64,000 nt of DNA from Octopus vulgaris. Lineage: Eukaryota. The stretch is taken from positions 83,142,001 to 83,206,000 of the forward strand of contig OX597822.1 in assembly GCA_951406725.2 (NCBI GenBank). The letters run 5' to 3'. A program made the position numbers and the translations under genes. This document shows, in pieces, positions 1 through 14,674 of the stretch (within the stretch, counting starts at the first letter, position 1; every line of letters begins with the position of its first letter). The notes beneath the pieces were generated by a model that was not told where the DNA came from, did not search any database, and saw only the letters and a list, made by a program, of their open reading frames with translations.

Positions 1-370
1 ACATAGACATATCGGTGCGTGTTTATTCAATATCTAAATTTGTGTGTTTCTGTTCATATATATATGAATATTTATGCATGCATATTGAATATGTGTGCAT
101 TTATATGAATATACATACATATATATTTAATGTGTATACATATAAGCAAATTTAACTGCATATATACACACACATTCAATTTGTATGAGAAGCACTATAA
201 ATATTAGGTGAATTTAGTATTTAGTACAATATTTTTGTCGTCGTTGTCGTCGTCGTTGTTGTTGTTGTTGTTGCTGTTAGCAGAAGCATGTTTAGTTAGA
301 GACCGATTCCTACTTTATTGAAAATATTTGAAGACTAGTAAATAAAAGTAAATTTACATATGCACGCACA

Positions 371-420
<50 letters not shown>

Positions 421-827
421 TATATAAATATGTATATATGTGTTTGTGTGTGTGTGTGTGTATGTATACACACACACACACAACAACAACAACAACATAA
501 AGATAGTACGCTTATGTACACGCATATTTCTTCCCAAAGCAATTTCATTGAAGTCATTACTTTATAAACGCCAATAAAAAATTTTTTCGTCTTTTAACAA
601 TGAAAAAAAAAAACGGAATATCGATTTCTGTTCTTTTGAGTAAATATGAAGAAAATGAAGAAGATGCATAAATGTAAGTTTCTATGAGATTGGAATTGGT
701 AAGTCAATATGGATAAATTGTAAGAATTCGAAAAAAATTATAACGATGTTGAATTCTTGATTGAATCTGATTATATTCCTCGCTCATTTATTTAGATAAA
801 AATAAATTTGCGATTTGCATGGAATAT

Positions 828-886
<59 letters not shown>

Positions 887-1725
887 TTGTTGTTGTTATA
901 TTTTGTAAGAGTACGACATAAAATTGAGTGTGAGCTAGAAGTCAAGCGAGTTTATTTGATCTCCAGTTTTAACTAGTTCACTTTATTTCATTTCACTAAG
1001 GTCGCTAATGCCCCTGAAAAAAATGGGAAACAGCACGTTTCCCTTTAACTACAATAAATGCATATTTCTAAAGTATCAGCAATTTAACTCTTATTTGTCG
1101 CAACAGTCTAAGTAATTGCATGAATTTGCAGAGCCTCATGTAGAAAACAAGGGGTTAGTAACCCTCTTGAGAGATGAACTCAGAATAAGTCAATTAGGAA
1201 AACCATACACTATGTCTCCACCTGTTTCCGGCTCCCCTACGAGTTTAAGTGCCACAGCGTCGAGTTTGCCTTTCATTCTTTAGGGGTCGATAACGAAAGG
1301 TTTGCATTATCATTCTCGGTAAAATAAGCATCAGTTCAGTACAGAGCTGAACTATGTTTAAACAACAGCATTGTTTATTTCTAATTGAGATAGAAGGCCA
1401 TCAGTTTTGAAAGGAAGGGGTGAGTTGATACCATCATTCCCAGACTTTTACAGGTACCGTATTTTATCAACCCCAAGGGATATGAAACAAAGCTGAACTC
1501 TGCGGGATTTGAACACTGAACGTTCAAACACCCCCATAACAAACAACAATTATTGAGTCAGAAAAAACTACTTCAATCCAGATAAGTACAACGTATTTGC
1601 TGAGAATTTTTAATCTTACCTATCCGCTAACCTCCTATTTACGATAGCAGCTCTATGCGAATAAAATAGTTTCGTTTGAATCAGTGGCATTGAACGTTGT
1701 TCGTCATTCAAATTCAGCACTACTT

Positions 1726-1944
1726 AAGGCGGCGAGGTAGCAGAATCGTTAGCACGCCGGACGAAACGCTTAGCGATACCTCGTCTTCCGCTACCTTCTG
1801 AGTTCAAATTCCACCGAGATCGACTTTTTCTTTTTCCTCCTTTCGGGAGCGATAAATTAAGTACCAGTTGCATACTGCGGTCGATCTACTCGACTGGTTC
1901 CCTCCCCTAAAATTTCGGGCCTTGTGCCTAGAGTAGAAAAGAAT
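1726..1944 (+). mobile_element. tRNA-derived SINE (family A), full-length with 13-bp TSD
   Basis: A-box-like GGTAGCAGAATCG and B-box-like GAGTTCAAATTCC. TTCAGCACTACTT flanks it at 1713-1725 and 1945-1957. Related copies at ~1385-1520, 4350-4545, 41210-41420 and 49490-50510. Confidence 0.85.
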
Positions 1945-2422
1945 TTCAGCACTACTTGCTCCTTCGAAGGCTGAAGCTAAATATTATCCACTACTTAGTA
2001 TGGTACTTATATATTTATATAATAAAGGATAATCCTTTTTTTAAAAAAAAATTATCAATGGCCAGCATATGAAATGAAACCAGTTAAGGCGAAAATTATA
2101 TGTATAATTATATGAGCTTAGAAAAATTTAGCGTCGATTTCTCAGCATATAGGCTAGAAAATTTTTCTAAGCCTTATATATATATATATACAAATAAAAT
2201 ATGGGGGTTTACTTAACAGGTGATCTAAACGACTAGGTATGCTTGGTAAGTGCTGTAACGGATTACTAGGGCTTCGAAGTTATAGCCGAGACGGTAGTTA
2301 TGGAGCCATTGCAGATTTCTGATATAATGGATGTATAATTGTTAAACAGGACAGCAAACGTTAAGGGAAGGCAAACACCTCAAGTCATATACATGATTAT
2401 TATTATTGGAAAACATTTCAGA

Positions 2423-2477
2423 GTCTTACAGTTTTTCTGGGATATCCCGGAGTATGGGATATTCCATCATCGGAGAC
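2423..2477 (-). ncRNA. Degenerate minimal type-I hammerhead ribozyme motif
   Basis: Minus strand: GUCU-CCGAUGA-[UGGAAUAUCCC/GGGAUAUCCCA stem II]-GAAA-AACUG-UA-AGAC. Stem I GUCU/AGAC; U4C in the core; stem III eroded. Confidence 0.6.
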
Positions 2478-2619
2478 AAATAGTGAAAATGAGAAGGGTG
2501 TAGATTAGTGAAATGACGACAGAAAGGACAGAAGAAAAGGAATAAGGAGATGAAGAGACGAAAAACGAAGCATGAAAGATCGGAAAGTTGAACTGGGAAC
2601 TTTTATGCTGCTTTTTAAC

Positions 2620-2681
<62 letters not shown>

Positions 2682-2928
2682 TACTAATATAGGATGAAGT
2701 TTTTTTACAGAAAACAATTCCATAAAAAAATGTGGCAGCATATTAAAATACCTTTAAGGTTAAAATTATAAACAACTTATAAATAAGGGCTATAGAAAAT
2801 TATTTCTATGCCAATATGCTGTTAATAGACTTTTAAATCGTCAATTTCCACATATTATTTACTCGCTACAGAAAAGCACGAAGAGCTGAAATCGAGGGAA
2901 GCTGGCCGATAGAATTCTTTTAAAAAGT

Positions 2929-2967
<39 letters not shown>

Positions 2968-3964
2968 ACATGTTCCATTTATATTGTGTAAGTCCATTGG
3001 GTGGCGGAGATAAGATCAGACATTGTCGTGCTGATGGTGTCTCTGGAATCAGAAACAAGTGGCCATGACTGTCCTTTTATCTCCAGACAATAAACCAGTT
3101 CTTTTCTATACTGTTGCGCAGTGATTTTGAAATCAGAACCATGACATTGCAAATCGAATTTCTTAAAGACTCAACCATGCTTCAAAAATTTCTAGGGATC
3201 CAGTTAATGTAATTGATTTTATCAAAACCCGAGGGTCAATGCACAAAGTCAATCGAAGTGTACTTTGTCGTCGTATCAACATTAAATAACATGAAGATTT
3301 TATTTCGGTGCTCAACCGTTTCTATTCGATCACCGCCCTATAATTAACAGGTTACTGTGGTTTTCAGACTAAATACCTTGTGTTGTTATTTATGTGTATT
3401 TGTATTTTGATTTTATTCTAATTACAACGACGCCTGACATGGTATTTTACTCCTCCAGGATTGCTAGAATTAAAGGCCAATCAAGCAATAAAGATAGAAT
3501 CGATCGGTCAATAATGCTGAGATTCAGACATCTGTAGAAGCATGCCACATTTAGAAATCAATATTGCATGTTTGTTTATTGCAAAATACTTCAAGTTTTC
3601 CGAGGTTAAATTTATTAAATAAATCACCATACTGACAAGAAGCTTTACATGTATCAACGTACTTTAATATCACTTAAAAGAGATTCCGTGCTAAATCAAT
3701 TATTTCATCTTCAGTCGATGTTATCTTGTATTAGAGACATGCGTGGAGTAAAAACATATTTTCGTTTCTATGAAACCCCGAATGTTGATTTTTAGGCGAC
3801 AGCCGCATTAGAGAACATTCAATTAATATAAGCCAATCGATACCAATCGCTATAGTTGTACCAACTAAACGGCCTCTACGTGGTGTGCTCAACTTGCTAG
3901 AAACAGCAGCCAACTCTCACTCAAGAAACTATTTTCTATCTTAAAAAATAAGTAAGTGTGGTCC

Positions 3965-4206
3965 TGAGTTCTAGGATTCACAGAGTAACTTACCATGTTG
4001 CCATTGCGTATAAAGGATCGAGATGGCAGCACTCCTATGGATGGGGCGCCAATCCGTTGCAGGCTAACACATTTACAGCTGATTGGACCGGTGCAATGTG
4101 AAATAAAGCTTTTTGTCATGTATACACAACTCGCCGCCCTGTCCGCGAATCGAAACCACATTGTTTCGAAGATGAGTGCAATACCCCAATCACCAAGTCA
4201 CGTGCC
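3965..4206 (-). mobile_element. tRNA-derived SINE (family C), decayed
   Basis: Reverse-complement similarity to the copy at 33440-33690 (GTGAAATAAAG, GAATCGAAACC segments). Further copies at ~17650-17835, 37140-37290 and 42805-43113. Confidence 0.6.
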
Positions 4207-5888
4207 TAGAAACTAGAACGTAAAGATAGACAAAACACCCTTAAGCACTTTGTCAAACGTGTTAACAGTTTTGCCAGCTCGCCGCCCTAAAATTCCTCTG
4301 TAATGGTTTTAAATTTCGGTTAGCGCCTAAAGATATCTTCAGTAATTCTGTTTCGAATAGGCACGAGACCAACAATTTCAGAAGAGGGTTAAGTCGATTA
4401 CATCGACTCCAGTGTATAACTGGTACTTATTTTAACCGAAAGGTTGAAAGGTAAAGTCGACCTCGGCAGTCTTTAAACTCAGAACATGAAGTCGGAAGAA
4501 ATGCTGTGAACTATTTTCCCCGGCACGCTAATGATTCTGCCAGCCTGAAGATATCTCTGTTACGCTGCATGATTGGAATTGGATTAAAATATATGTTTAT
4601 TGAATTTTGAATTGAAACTAAACAAATTAAACTTTATGCCATTCTAGTCAACGTCGTTAAAAATTTATTTCTAAAAGTTTGTACGAGTGTTTGTATTGTG
4701 TGTGTAAGTGTGACAGAGTGAGCGCGCAGTAAAAACAGATGTAGATATCGTTCGTTGATGGTATTAAACTTTCGATAAACACAAGTACTTATGCCTGTGT
4801 TTTAAATTGTATATTAGAAACGATATCACCAACGAGTCAATCACTGGTTCAGTGAATTTAGATTAGGAAGAGTGGCAAGAGTTTGTTTGTTAAACTTGGT
4901 CAAGTGGAAATTCGGTGGAAAGTATCGGTTAATTTGTTTTGTCGCTAATATTTAGATACATTTTTCTGTGATGTCATGACACTAAACTCACAAGTTGAAC
5001 GATAATATTCTTGACAGATACAAACACAACTATAAACAAACAAAAGAAGAGCAATTTTAACAAAAATAAGAAACATTAGAAAATATCAAATATTGCAACC
5101 AACAACCAACTCCCTTCTATTCGGCACGACGAACCAGAGGATGCCGGATAACTAAATTTTCTAGATGTCTGATAATAGCTTTTAAAATTAGCAAAGCACA
5201 TTAATGTCAAACCACATTAAAATTGTATATATATCCATCAATTTTATTATTAATATTCTGACAATAATGGAAAAGAGAGAAATAAGAAGCCATAAAAGTA
5301 TAATTTATGTAATGACCAAGTTTTATTAAATTAATAAAGTACAAGCAGTGAAATGTAATAAAATACTTTTAAGAAGCAGCTATTCGTTTTAGTTTGAGTA
5401 TAAACTTACATTTAATGACAATTAATTGTCACAAATTAACATAAATCTCCTTCAACAGATTTTTAAAAAAAATCCGAGTACCGGATGCTTGGGAGTTCCG
5501 TAATTTGAACACCGGATAATAGGGAGTTTACAAAGCTTCAAAAATTTGATTTTTCAAAGTCAAAACCGGAAAAGAAATATAACTGATGTTAATATATTTT
5601 AGACACTTTGTGTATGTGTTCTACATGCTAGAAATATCAGCAACTATCCCTCAAACAACATTTTGCCATTTCAAATAATGAAAAAAAAAGGCATTACATA
5701 ATGTAGATCTACACACATCTAAAAAGGCGGGATGCTCACGGCTGGCATGGATGCATTTAGTTGATTAGATTTCTGTTTGATCAGAAGTGACATGAGAAAA
5801 ACAAGAACAACGGCAGCGTCAAAAACAAGAACAGTAGGAAAAAATAATCTCTTTTGAGGCTAATTTTTCCAGTCAACATCAACAAAGA

Positions 5889-5935
<47 letters not shown>

Positions 5936-6245
5936 TCGGCAGCAACAACAAAAACAGCAATGAAGTAAATTTCCTTGTGAAACTGTAAACAGGATTAATG
6001 ATTCGCACAGGAAATAAAAACTAGATGTCAAACACGATAGCATGATAGAAAAATTTAAAGCCAGAGTGATAATATGACTAGCTATTTGCAGGAGAAGGAG
6101 ACACACTTTCTTTATTCATTTTTAAAGACGTCGCAGCTCTCTGTGTCATCTCATGGGAAACAACTTCGGAAAATGACTTCCAGAAACATAACCACGGATT
6201 GGCCAGGACCTTGGTTCATACACACGCACGACACACACACACACA

Positions 6246-6347
<102 letters not shown>

Positions 6348-6891
6348 CATACTAATCAGAAGCAAAAATATTCAGAAGCGAATATTTATATAGATATTAA
6401 TGTTGTTATTATTATCGAAGTCAATACAAATAGTTAGTAATAACAACAACATGGATATGGGTGGTTGCAGGCCTAAGTCAGCGTTTTATGGCTATAAAAT
6501 TAGAATTATATTAATCAAAGGACACATTGAGCTGTCTACCCGCTCGAAATAAGAGTTAAAACCCTCATTTGGATCACCCCCAAAATATTTACACTGAAAA
6601 TAACAGACACAACAGTATACGGACGAGCGAACTGAAAAAGATCTCTCACCTATATAGCATAAAAGAAGGGACAACGTGGCGGGCTGGGAAGATGTTTCTA
6701 AGGGTTAAGGTATGCTGAGAAAGGTACGAACTTTATGTCAAACCAGAAACCGGACTACATATATTACTGTTCCATTAAATGTATAGCTTTATGCTCTATA
6801 TTTTGGTAGTACCAATGAGGGTTTTAACTCCTATTTCTAGCGGGTAGGCACTTTAATGTGTCCTTTGATTAATGTATGTATGTATATATAT

Positions 6892-6925
<34 letters not shown>

Positions 6926-7166
6926 GTATGTATATATATATATATATATTAATAATAAATATTAGGGAATAAATCCAAACTTACAGGGAAAAATCAGATT
7001 TAGGATTGAATCCAATTTTATAGTAAAATATTATATTATATTAAATTAGAGATAAAACCACTATTAGGCAAATCATACAATGAAAAACTTAAGCCGATAC
7101 ATAAGATTATTTGATTTATATTATTTAAATATATAACAAAATTATTAAAAAATATAATTAATATAA

Positions 7167-7230
7167 CACTACGATCGTTTCATGGCTGTTAATTTCTTAA
7201 ACTTTTCGAGTTACAGTCATTCATCAGGTG
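7167..7230 (-). ncRNA. Minimal type-I hammerhead ribozyme (left-arm copy)
   Basis: Inverted copy of the 8244-8307 motif with the core intact. Confidence 0.8.
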
Positions 7231-8243
7231 GTTTAAATATCTAAAATATAATCAATATTTTAAAGATATAAATAATACATATAATATAATAATTTTACTT
7301 ATAATAAACTCTATTATCAAATATGATTATATCCAAATCGACTATAATGTTAAATATTAATTTTAATTTATAAGGTAGGAAACCCATAATCTAATATCAA
7401 TATTAGTCTATATCTAATTACATAAATATTTAAAATGACTACTATATATAAATTATCAATGAAAATATATATATAAATATTACAATCAAGATCTAAAATA
7501 ATCTCTATAAATAATTGTATATAATAAAAACCTAATAAATTTAATTTTTCATATTTAAAGATGAAATAGCTAATTTCAAAATACAAATAAACTAACTTAG
7601 ACGAACTTTCAGAAATCTTATGTAAAATACTTTTAGAAATAATCAATTCTTAGTAATATAGTATCGAATAAATACTATAAGTACTATAAATATAATTATG
7701 AATAGGAATAATTATCTAATATAAATTTAAAGAAATAACTAAGTTATGCTATTAAATTAGACATGGCCTAGACCAATCTTTAGTCGAAACATATCTAAGT
7801 TTATCAAAGTTTATCTAATTTAATTATAAATTTAAAACTACAATTAATACTATTAAAACATGTATATACAAAGCCTAATTTAATACACCTAGTATGCTTG
7901 CTATCAAATAATAAAACTATCACTAAAAAGTATCTTACGAATAAACTTAAATTTAATATCTAATAATATAGAAAATTACGATAATTAGATCATTACATAA
8001 ACAACGATATTTACATAAGGAGAATATTATTATTCCAAAGGCTTATACAATATTAAAATTTACAATTTGAAGATCTTAAATAAATACATACTTAACTTGG
8101 CGAGGTTTAATCAATAATATTTAACATTATAGTCGATTTGGATATAATCATATTTGATAATAGAGTTTATTATAAGTAAAATTATTATATTATATATATT
8201 ATTTATATCTTAAAAATATTGATTATATTTTAGATATTTAAAC

Positions 8244-8307
8244 CACCTGATGAATGACTGTAACTCGAAAATTTTAAGAAATTAACAGCCATGAAACGAT
8301 CGTAGTG
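8244..8307 (+). ncRNA. Minimal type-I hammerhead ribozyme
   Basis: CAC-CUGAUGA-[AUGACUGU...ACAGCCAU]-GAAA-CGAUCG-UA-GUG. Canonical core, palindromic hexamer in place of stem III, stem I CAC/GUG. Confidence 0.85.
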
Positions 8308-8428
8308 TTATATTAATTATATTTTTTAATAATTTTGTTATATATTTAAATAATATAAATTAAATAATCTTATGCATTGGCTTAAGTTTTTCATTGTATG
8401 ATTTGCCTAATAGTGGTTTTATCTCTAA

Positions 8429-8501
<73 letters not shown>

Positions 8502-8869
8502 TAAATAAGGGTAGAAATTGATATTAATCAATTAAAACCAGTAGCTTAGCATATTTAAAAAAAATCTGAAGATTAAAAATTGTTCTACATAAAAAATTTA
8601 GAGGACTGACCACTAAAAGTGGACAGCCTATATGTTAAACATAGTGAAGAGATTTGAAAGATACACTTAAATATAAAATGTAGAACTTTATACATGGTAG
8701 ATTTCGGTTGAGCGTTCTGTATCTAGTTCTGGAAATTGCATTTTATAAAATGGCGAAAGTAAGTTCGAAAGCAGGGTAGGTGGATGAAATGAGTATGGGG
8801 GAAAGAGTTGGCTTCGGTGCAATCATTGATGGACTACCATAAAGTTCAAAAGTGAAACCAGTGTATGAG

Positions 8870-9300
8870 ACTAAGAAAAGGTTTGCATGTCTAGGGCCCA
8901 TCTTAGATCCCATGGCCACCCCAGTTGCTTTTCGCTATAGAAAGAGATACAATTCAATGTAAAGTCAAGCCCGGAAAGGTGAAAGAGAGTAGAAGTGCCG
9001 GTTTTGAGGGTAGTGCAACGATCTTGGAACTATCTAAGGATGAGAAGATGGGGTAAAAGCGAAATAGAGCAAAAAGAGTTATGGAGGAGGAACTGGACCG
9101 GAAGGAATGAAGTGGAAAGTATGGTTATCATCATGGTTCTAGGAAGAAAGGGAAGTTACTAAGAGTAAAGAGCATCCTATCGAGGTTGTTTAGATATGAA
9201 TGATGCGTAACATTGCAAGTGGAAATGATGGTGCGGCTAGGATTTTTAGATTTATGAACATTGGTGAGGAAGCAGATGGTGGGGATTCTGGGGGGAAACA
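8870..9300 (-). pseudogene. Penelope-like reverse transcriptase relic
   Basis: Manual translation: 9292-9215 PRIPTICFLTNVHKSKNPSRTIISTC (cf. PLE LPKIHK..P.RPIVS) and ~8931-8872 KATGVAMGSKMGPRHANLFL (cf. PLE G.AMG..MGP.YANLF). Disrupted in between. Confidence 0.75.
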
Positions 9301-9938
9301 GAGGATAGGCTGATAGCAGTGGTTAGGAGAGGGGAGGGAGAGATGACGAAGTGATGAGCTTCTTTTTGCAGTGGTGCACAGCAGACATTGGAGGCTAGCG
9401 GGAAAGTGAGATGGAAAGAGTGGGAAAACTTCCGATCAAAAAATGTTTGTTCTTCACCTAATATCGATTATATTCATTTGTTGTCGCATCAACATTGAAC
9501 TGGATAATTATTTTCTATTTAGCCACTTGTATAAATCAATCGGAATTTATTAGAGTTAAATATAAACGAGAATATAAAAGTACATGGTTACTCTCTGAAG
9601 ATATCTCTGTAATGATAATTTAGATGGCAAAACAAAATGTAGGTCTTCGGAGAAATTGAATTAAAAATAAACAAACTAGTCTCCACGTCATTTCAAGTAA
9701 ATATCGTCAAACATTTATGAGATATATGGGTACATACATACAGACGTACATACAGAGATACATACATACATACATATATACATACATAGATACATACATA
9801 CATACATACATAGATACAAACATACATACAGAGCTATATACACACATATATGTGTGTTGTATAATTGAGAGTGGGTTTCAGTGATGCACATGTCCAAATG
9901 CACATTAAACTTTATGCGTAAACATTATGCATTGACAG

Positions 9939-10031
<93 letters not shown>

Positions 10032-10076
10032 CTTCACATACACCTACGCACAAACATATATTAACACACACACATA

Positions 10077-10883
10077 TAGGGTGCAATAGGTAAGTTGTCG
10101 CCATTTTATATCTTTAATTTCGCGCATGAGCATTGTTTGTTTTTGATTTTGTCGAGTACACAGTATAGTAGGGTCAGTTGGGCATCGTCTGTGAGAAAAG
10201 AGGCACCCTGACACAATTGACTCTACCGGAAATTTAGAAACGACATGCTGTACCGTTTGGCATCTACGTCGGAAGCTCCGACACGAACATTTTAAAGTGT
10301 TTAGGTGTCAATATGAGGACACTGTTATCTGAGGGCATGTACTGAGAGCGATAAAAATCAATACGAAGGGCTACATCAAGTCCCTGGAGGAGGTACCTGG
10401 CTCTTGGAGGCCCTGGCTCAAGAGGGTGGCTGCTGGAAGACCCTATGTCTGGCAGCAGGACTCTGCACCATGTCACACAATTACGAGAACCCAGTCATGG
10501 CTGTCAGACAATTTCTGCGACCATATCGCCCTTAACATCTGGATACCTAACTCTCCAGACTGCAACTCCCTTCATTATTATGTGTGAGACGTAGTTGAGC
10601 GAGGGACTAACAAAACTCCTTGTAACACCAAAGATGACCTGAAGGTAAGGATTATAGCAGCATTCATCAACTTAAACAACGAGACCGTCCCGAAGAGTGC
10701 ACGACGTTCCGAAGTTGTCTGGAGGCCGTAGTTGAAGCCAATGACAATTTTATTCATTAAATTTACTCTTTAATATTTCAAGATATCGTTGTGTAATTTT
10801 GGTAAATATATCTGTTAAAATGAGAAGTCAGTGTTATTTTCATTTTTGCATAATTTAGACGACAATTTGTTCACCGCACCCTG
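10077..10883 (+). mobile_element. Internally deleted Tc1/mariner (maT/DD37D-like) transposon
   Basis: Imperfect TIRs TAGGGTGCAATAGGTAAGTTGTCG / CGACAATTTGTTCACCGCACCCTG with TA flanks. Relic IWIPNSPDCNSLHYYV* near 10537-10587 (cf. WPPNSPDLNPLDYYVW). Confidence 0.75.
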
Positions 10884-11195
10884 TATATGCAATTCTATTC
10901 TTGAAAAGCTATGCCTAACATACTTTAACAATTATTTCATCTGGACTTGTCACTGGTTACACACTTATGGCATGATGCGTATATTACTTATAAATATGGT
11001 TACCATGCATATGATCCTCTAGAGACAGCTGTCGAGATAAAGGCATTACCTATTCTTTTCTTTATAGTCTGTGCTCCACATAAATATAGGCGTCAATCGT
11101 CTGTTTTCGGTACGGAGCGTATTTTTCTATCACTCTCTCTCTCTCTCGCTTTCTCTTTCACACACACACAATATATATGTATGTATGTATGTATG

Positions 11196-11505
<310 letters not shown>

Positions 11506-11514
11506 ATATATATA

Positions 11515-12319
11515 AGTTCAGCAACAATTTAGATTCAAATGAATATGGTACTTAATTTAGATGCACCAGAATTTTTGTATGGTGTCATCCATAAAAATTT
11601 GCGGGGTGATTATAATAAAAAATAAGCAACAAGAATGATTCTGCTAATTTGGTACAATTGTTTCGCACTACATCATTTTATTAAAAGTTGTAAGTATTAC
11701 AGCAGATTTAAGATGCTGAGTGCTCATTAGCCAAATATATAGGTTTTCCAATAATACAAAAGGCTTTCAAATCAAGTAGTAACATTATAGAGAAGGTAAA
11801 TATACAGATAAAGATGTAGATTTAAATTTTAAGAACATATGAGGTTGTGAAGTCCAGCCACTGACTGACCACGCTATAGCTGTATCTGACTGCTATAAGA
11901 ATAGAAGTAATAAAGATTTTTAGTTGTAGGAATGGGGTAAGGGAGGTTTCAGAATACCATAAAAGGAATTCAAGTTGCCACTAACAAAATGCCAATTACT
12001 GCTATTTGGTGAGAGGAACTAGGTCAATGTCAAAATCTTTATTACTTCTATTCTTATAGCAGTCAGATACAGATATAGCGTGGTCAGTCATGGCTGGACT
12101 TCACAACCTCATATGTTCTTAAAATTTAAATCTACATCTTTATCTGTATATCTACCTTCTCTATAATGTTACTACTTGATTTGAAAGCCTTTGTATTATT
12201 GGAAAACCTATATATTTGGCTGATGAGCACTCAGCATCTTAAATCTGCTGTAATACTTACAACTTTTAATAAAATGATGTAGTGCGAAATTACCAGAGTC
12301 ATTCTTGTTGCTTATTTTT

Positions 12320-12326
<7 letters not shown>
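11515..12326. mobile_element. PLE-like fold-back element with an HHR in both arms
   Basis: Arms 11611-11920 and 12032-12326. Left-arm HHR (11648-11735, -): UUUGG-CUAAUGA-GCACU...AGUGC-GAAA-CAAUUG-UA-CCAAA. Right-arm HHR (12215-12295, +) has CUGAUGA but a deleted stem III. Tail 11515-11610. Confidence 0.85.
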
Positions 12327-12362
<36 letters not shown>

Positions 12363-13689
12363 CACATATATGTATATATGCATATATGTCTGTATGTGTG
12401 TGTGTGTGCCCGTATATACGTGTGTGTGTGTACGAAAAGAAAAATAAACGAATTAGCATGAGCGAAAGAGGGTAATGCTTATAACTATGCCGTAACTGTC
12501 AGTCTTTCACCATTTTTCTCTTCGATGCTACCCGTTTTCCACAGGAGGGATGGAGAGTTGGACCCGGAATCTTTTTTCTATGCATTATCCCAGGATGATT
12601 ATGAATTTAAATAAAAATAATGTAAAAAAAAAATCGTTGAGAAATGGTGACATTGTTTCAAGACAAACATGAACACTTAGACATGCAATTGTACTTGTTA
12701 ATCCCACGCTAATCTCTTATTAAGCGGATTTATAGCGAGATGCTTTGCAAACGTGACCATCCCCATTGTTTTATTTTCCAGCTGTGTGCTATTCAGTTCC
12801 AGATTATCTAATGTGTGTTACGCCCTTTGTTATATCGGTAGACTGTGACTTGAGGGAGATGTGATTGTTATTTCCAGCTGATTGAAGCATCACATAGACG
12901 TATCTAAGCTGGCTGGCAATACCTATTTGTACGTTTATGTGGGCGAGAAAACAACTCTGGAAAGAAGCAACTCTTTTATTATTTCAAAATGGTTATTGAT
13001 CTAGACATTCGTCTCTTTAATCTCAGGCGTGAGCGCCAACTTACCTACTTCACCATACAGACACGTAGAATATATATACTTCACTAGAGAGACATGAATC
13101 ACTCTTATGTATACATTCTTGAAAGTACGATTTTATTTTAGCATTTGATTATTTATTACGACTTTGTTTTTCACTTCGTTGCAAATTGTTCATAATTCTA
13201 TTAAGAATATCATTTTCCCCAAGGTTCCTTGAGCTCTCAACCTGTCAAGAGCTGATCCTACATCATATTTTCGTAACTGAAATGTTTGAACTGGTACTAT
13301 CAGGAGTCAAATCTCGTTACGTTTATTTTTCTTGTATATGTCGTTTCATTATTTAAAATTTTAACATTAGGTTTATTGACAAAGGCTTGAAAAAGTAAAT
13401 ATTACATACGTGTTTCAAATTGTTAATGTTCCCATAACTTTATTGTTACACATTAAAAACAACCAATGGGCGCAGCCGGTTTGTTTAAGAATTTCGTTTC
13501 AGATCTGCTTGGATTCAGACAGATTCCACTGTGTGGGATCTTGGACAAGTGTCTTCTACCGCAGCTTCGGGTTAACCAATGTCTTGGGAGCAGAATTTGG
13601 TTGACAAGAGCTGTGCTGATATCTATCACATATGAACACGCTTTCGCTTTTCATTATTTGAATTGTGACACTGAGGTATTTCACCGACA

Positions 13690-14110
13690 TCCTTGTCCCT
13701 TTTCTGCCTCATTTAGACCTCAAGTATATCATCATTGATACAGCTTGCCTAAGGTGTAATGCAGGGGCAGTACTAATTTCAGATTTCTGTTCCTGCCATG
13801 CTGCATCCAGGTTAACTTCATTCTTTTGCACCAGAATTTTACCCCGAACGAATCCCCATCCTCTTAGGAAGAGAAGGTGTGTATTGCAGATCGGTTTTGA
13901 CTGAATATTTTGTTAAAACAGATTTTTGTTCAGGTGTCCTCTTCTCTTGCCGGAATTTTTCAATGTAAGTTCTTAACTTCTGTTTTAGGGCGATTCATTT
14001 ATACCCAAGAGTAGCTTTGTTGGTCTCTTCAAGCATGGAATCTATTTTATCATTCAATTTCTTTAAGAGGCGAATGTTGTTACTTGTTCTGTTTGTACGT
14101 AATAAGCATC
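13690..14110 (-). pseudogene. Possible highly decayed R4/Dong-like LINE N-terminal fragment
   Basis: Interrupted frames give ...NKIFSQNRSAI...KFWC..., loosely like the pre-RT region of the element at 31256-31450. Confidence 0.3.
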
Positions 14111-14174
14111 GCAACATAATTGATAATGTCCTGTAGAACAGAAATCTTCTTTTCCATTTTCTAAATATTATTTC

Positions 14175-14535
14175 ATTTGTTTCAGTCATTTGATTGCGGC
14201 CATGCGGGAACACCGCCTTTAGTCGAGCAAATCGACCCAGGACTTATTCTATCGGCCTCTTTTGCCGAACCGCTAAGTTACCGTGATGTAAATACACCAG
14301 CATCGGTTGTCAAGCGATGGTGGAGGGACAAACTTAGACGCACAAACACACTCACACACACACACACACACACGACAGGCTTCTTTCAGTTTCCATCTAC
14401 CAAATCCACTCACAAGGCTTTGGTCGGCTCTATGATATAGTAGAAAACACTTGGCCAAGATAACACGCAGTGGGACTGAACCCGGAACTATGTGATTGGT
14501 AAGCAAGCTACTTACCACGCAGGCACTCCTGCGCC
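14175..14535 (-). mobile_element. tRNA-derived SINE (family B) with internal (CA)n
   Basis: Reverse complement of the 44524-44946 copy along its length. Confidence 0.85.
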
Positions 14536-14674
14536 TACGTAACATTTTTATTACTTTTTCTCATCTGATGATGAATAAGCTGTCCGTTATTTGAAACCGT
14601 TTTATATCTTTAGTAAATATCTCATGATCACGAACGTTTTGCCAGTTCACATGAGCGGGTCAACAAAAACTGAA

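Larger units (their letters stand above)
6950..8437. mobile_element. Non-autonomous PLE-like fold-back element in a (TA)n tract
   Basis: Inverted arms 7037-7359 and 8115-8437 (~320 bp, few mismatches), AT-rich non-coding spacer, extra tail 6950-7036 on one arm only, HHR in each arm, (TA)n on both flanks. Confidence 0.85.

Noticed and set aside
5108-5530. Possible Tigger/pogo-like MITE (AACTCCCT...AGGGAGTT)
   Set aside because: The terminal match is too short and decayed to define ends or a TSD.
14561-14605. CTGATGA...GAAACCG hammerhead-like string
   Set aside because: No stem I partner and no element context; could be chance.
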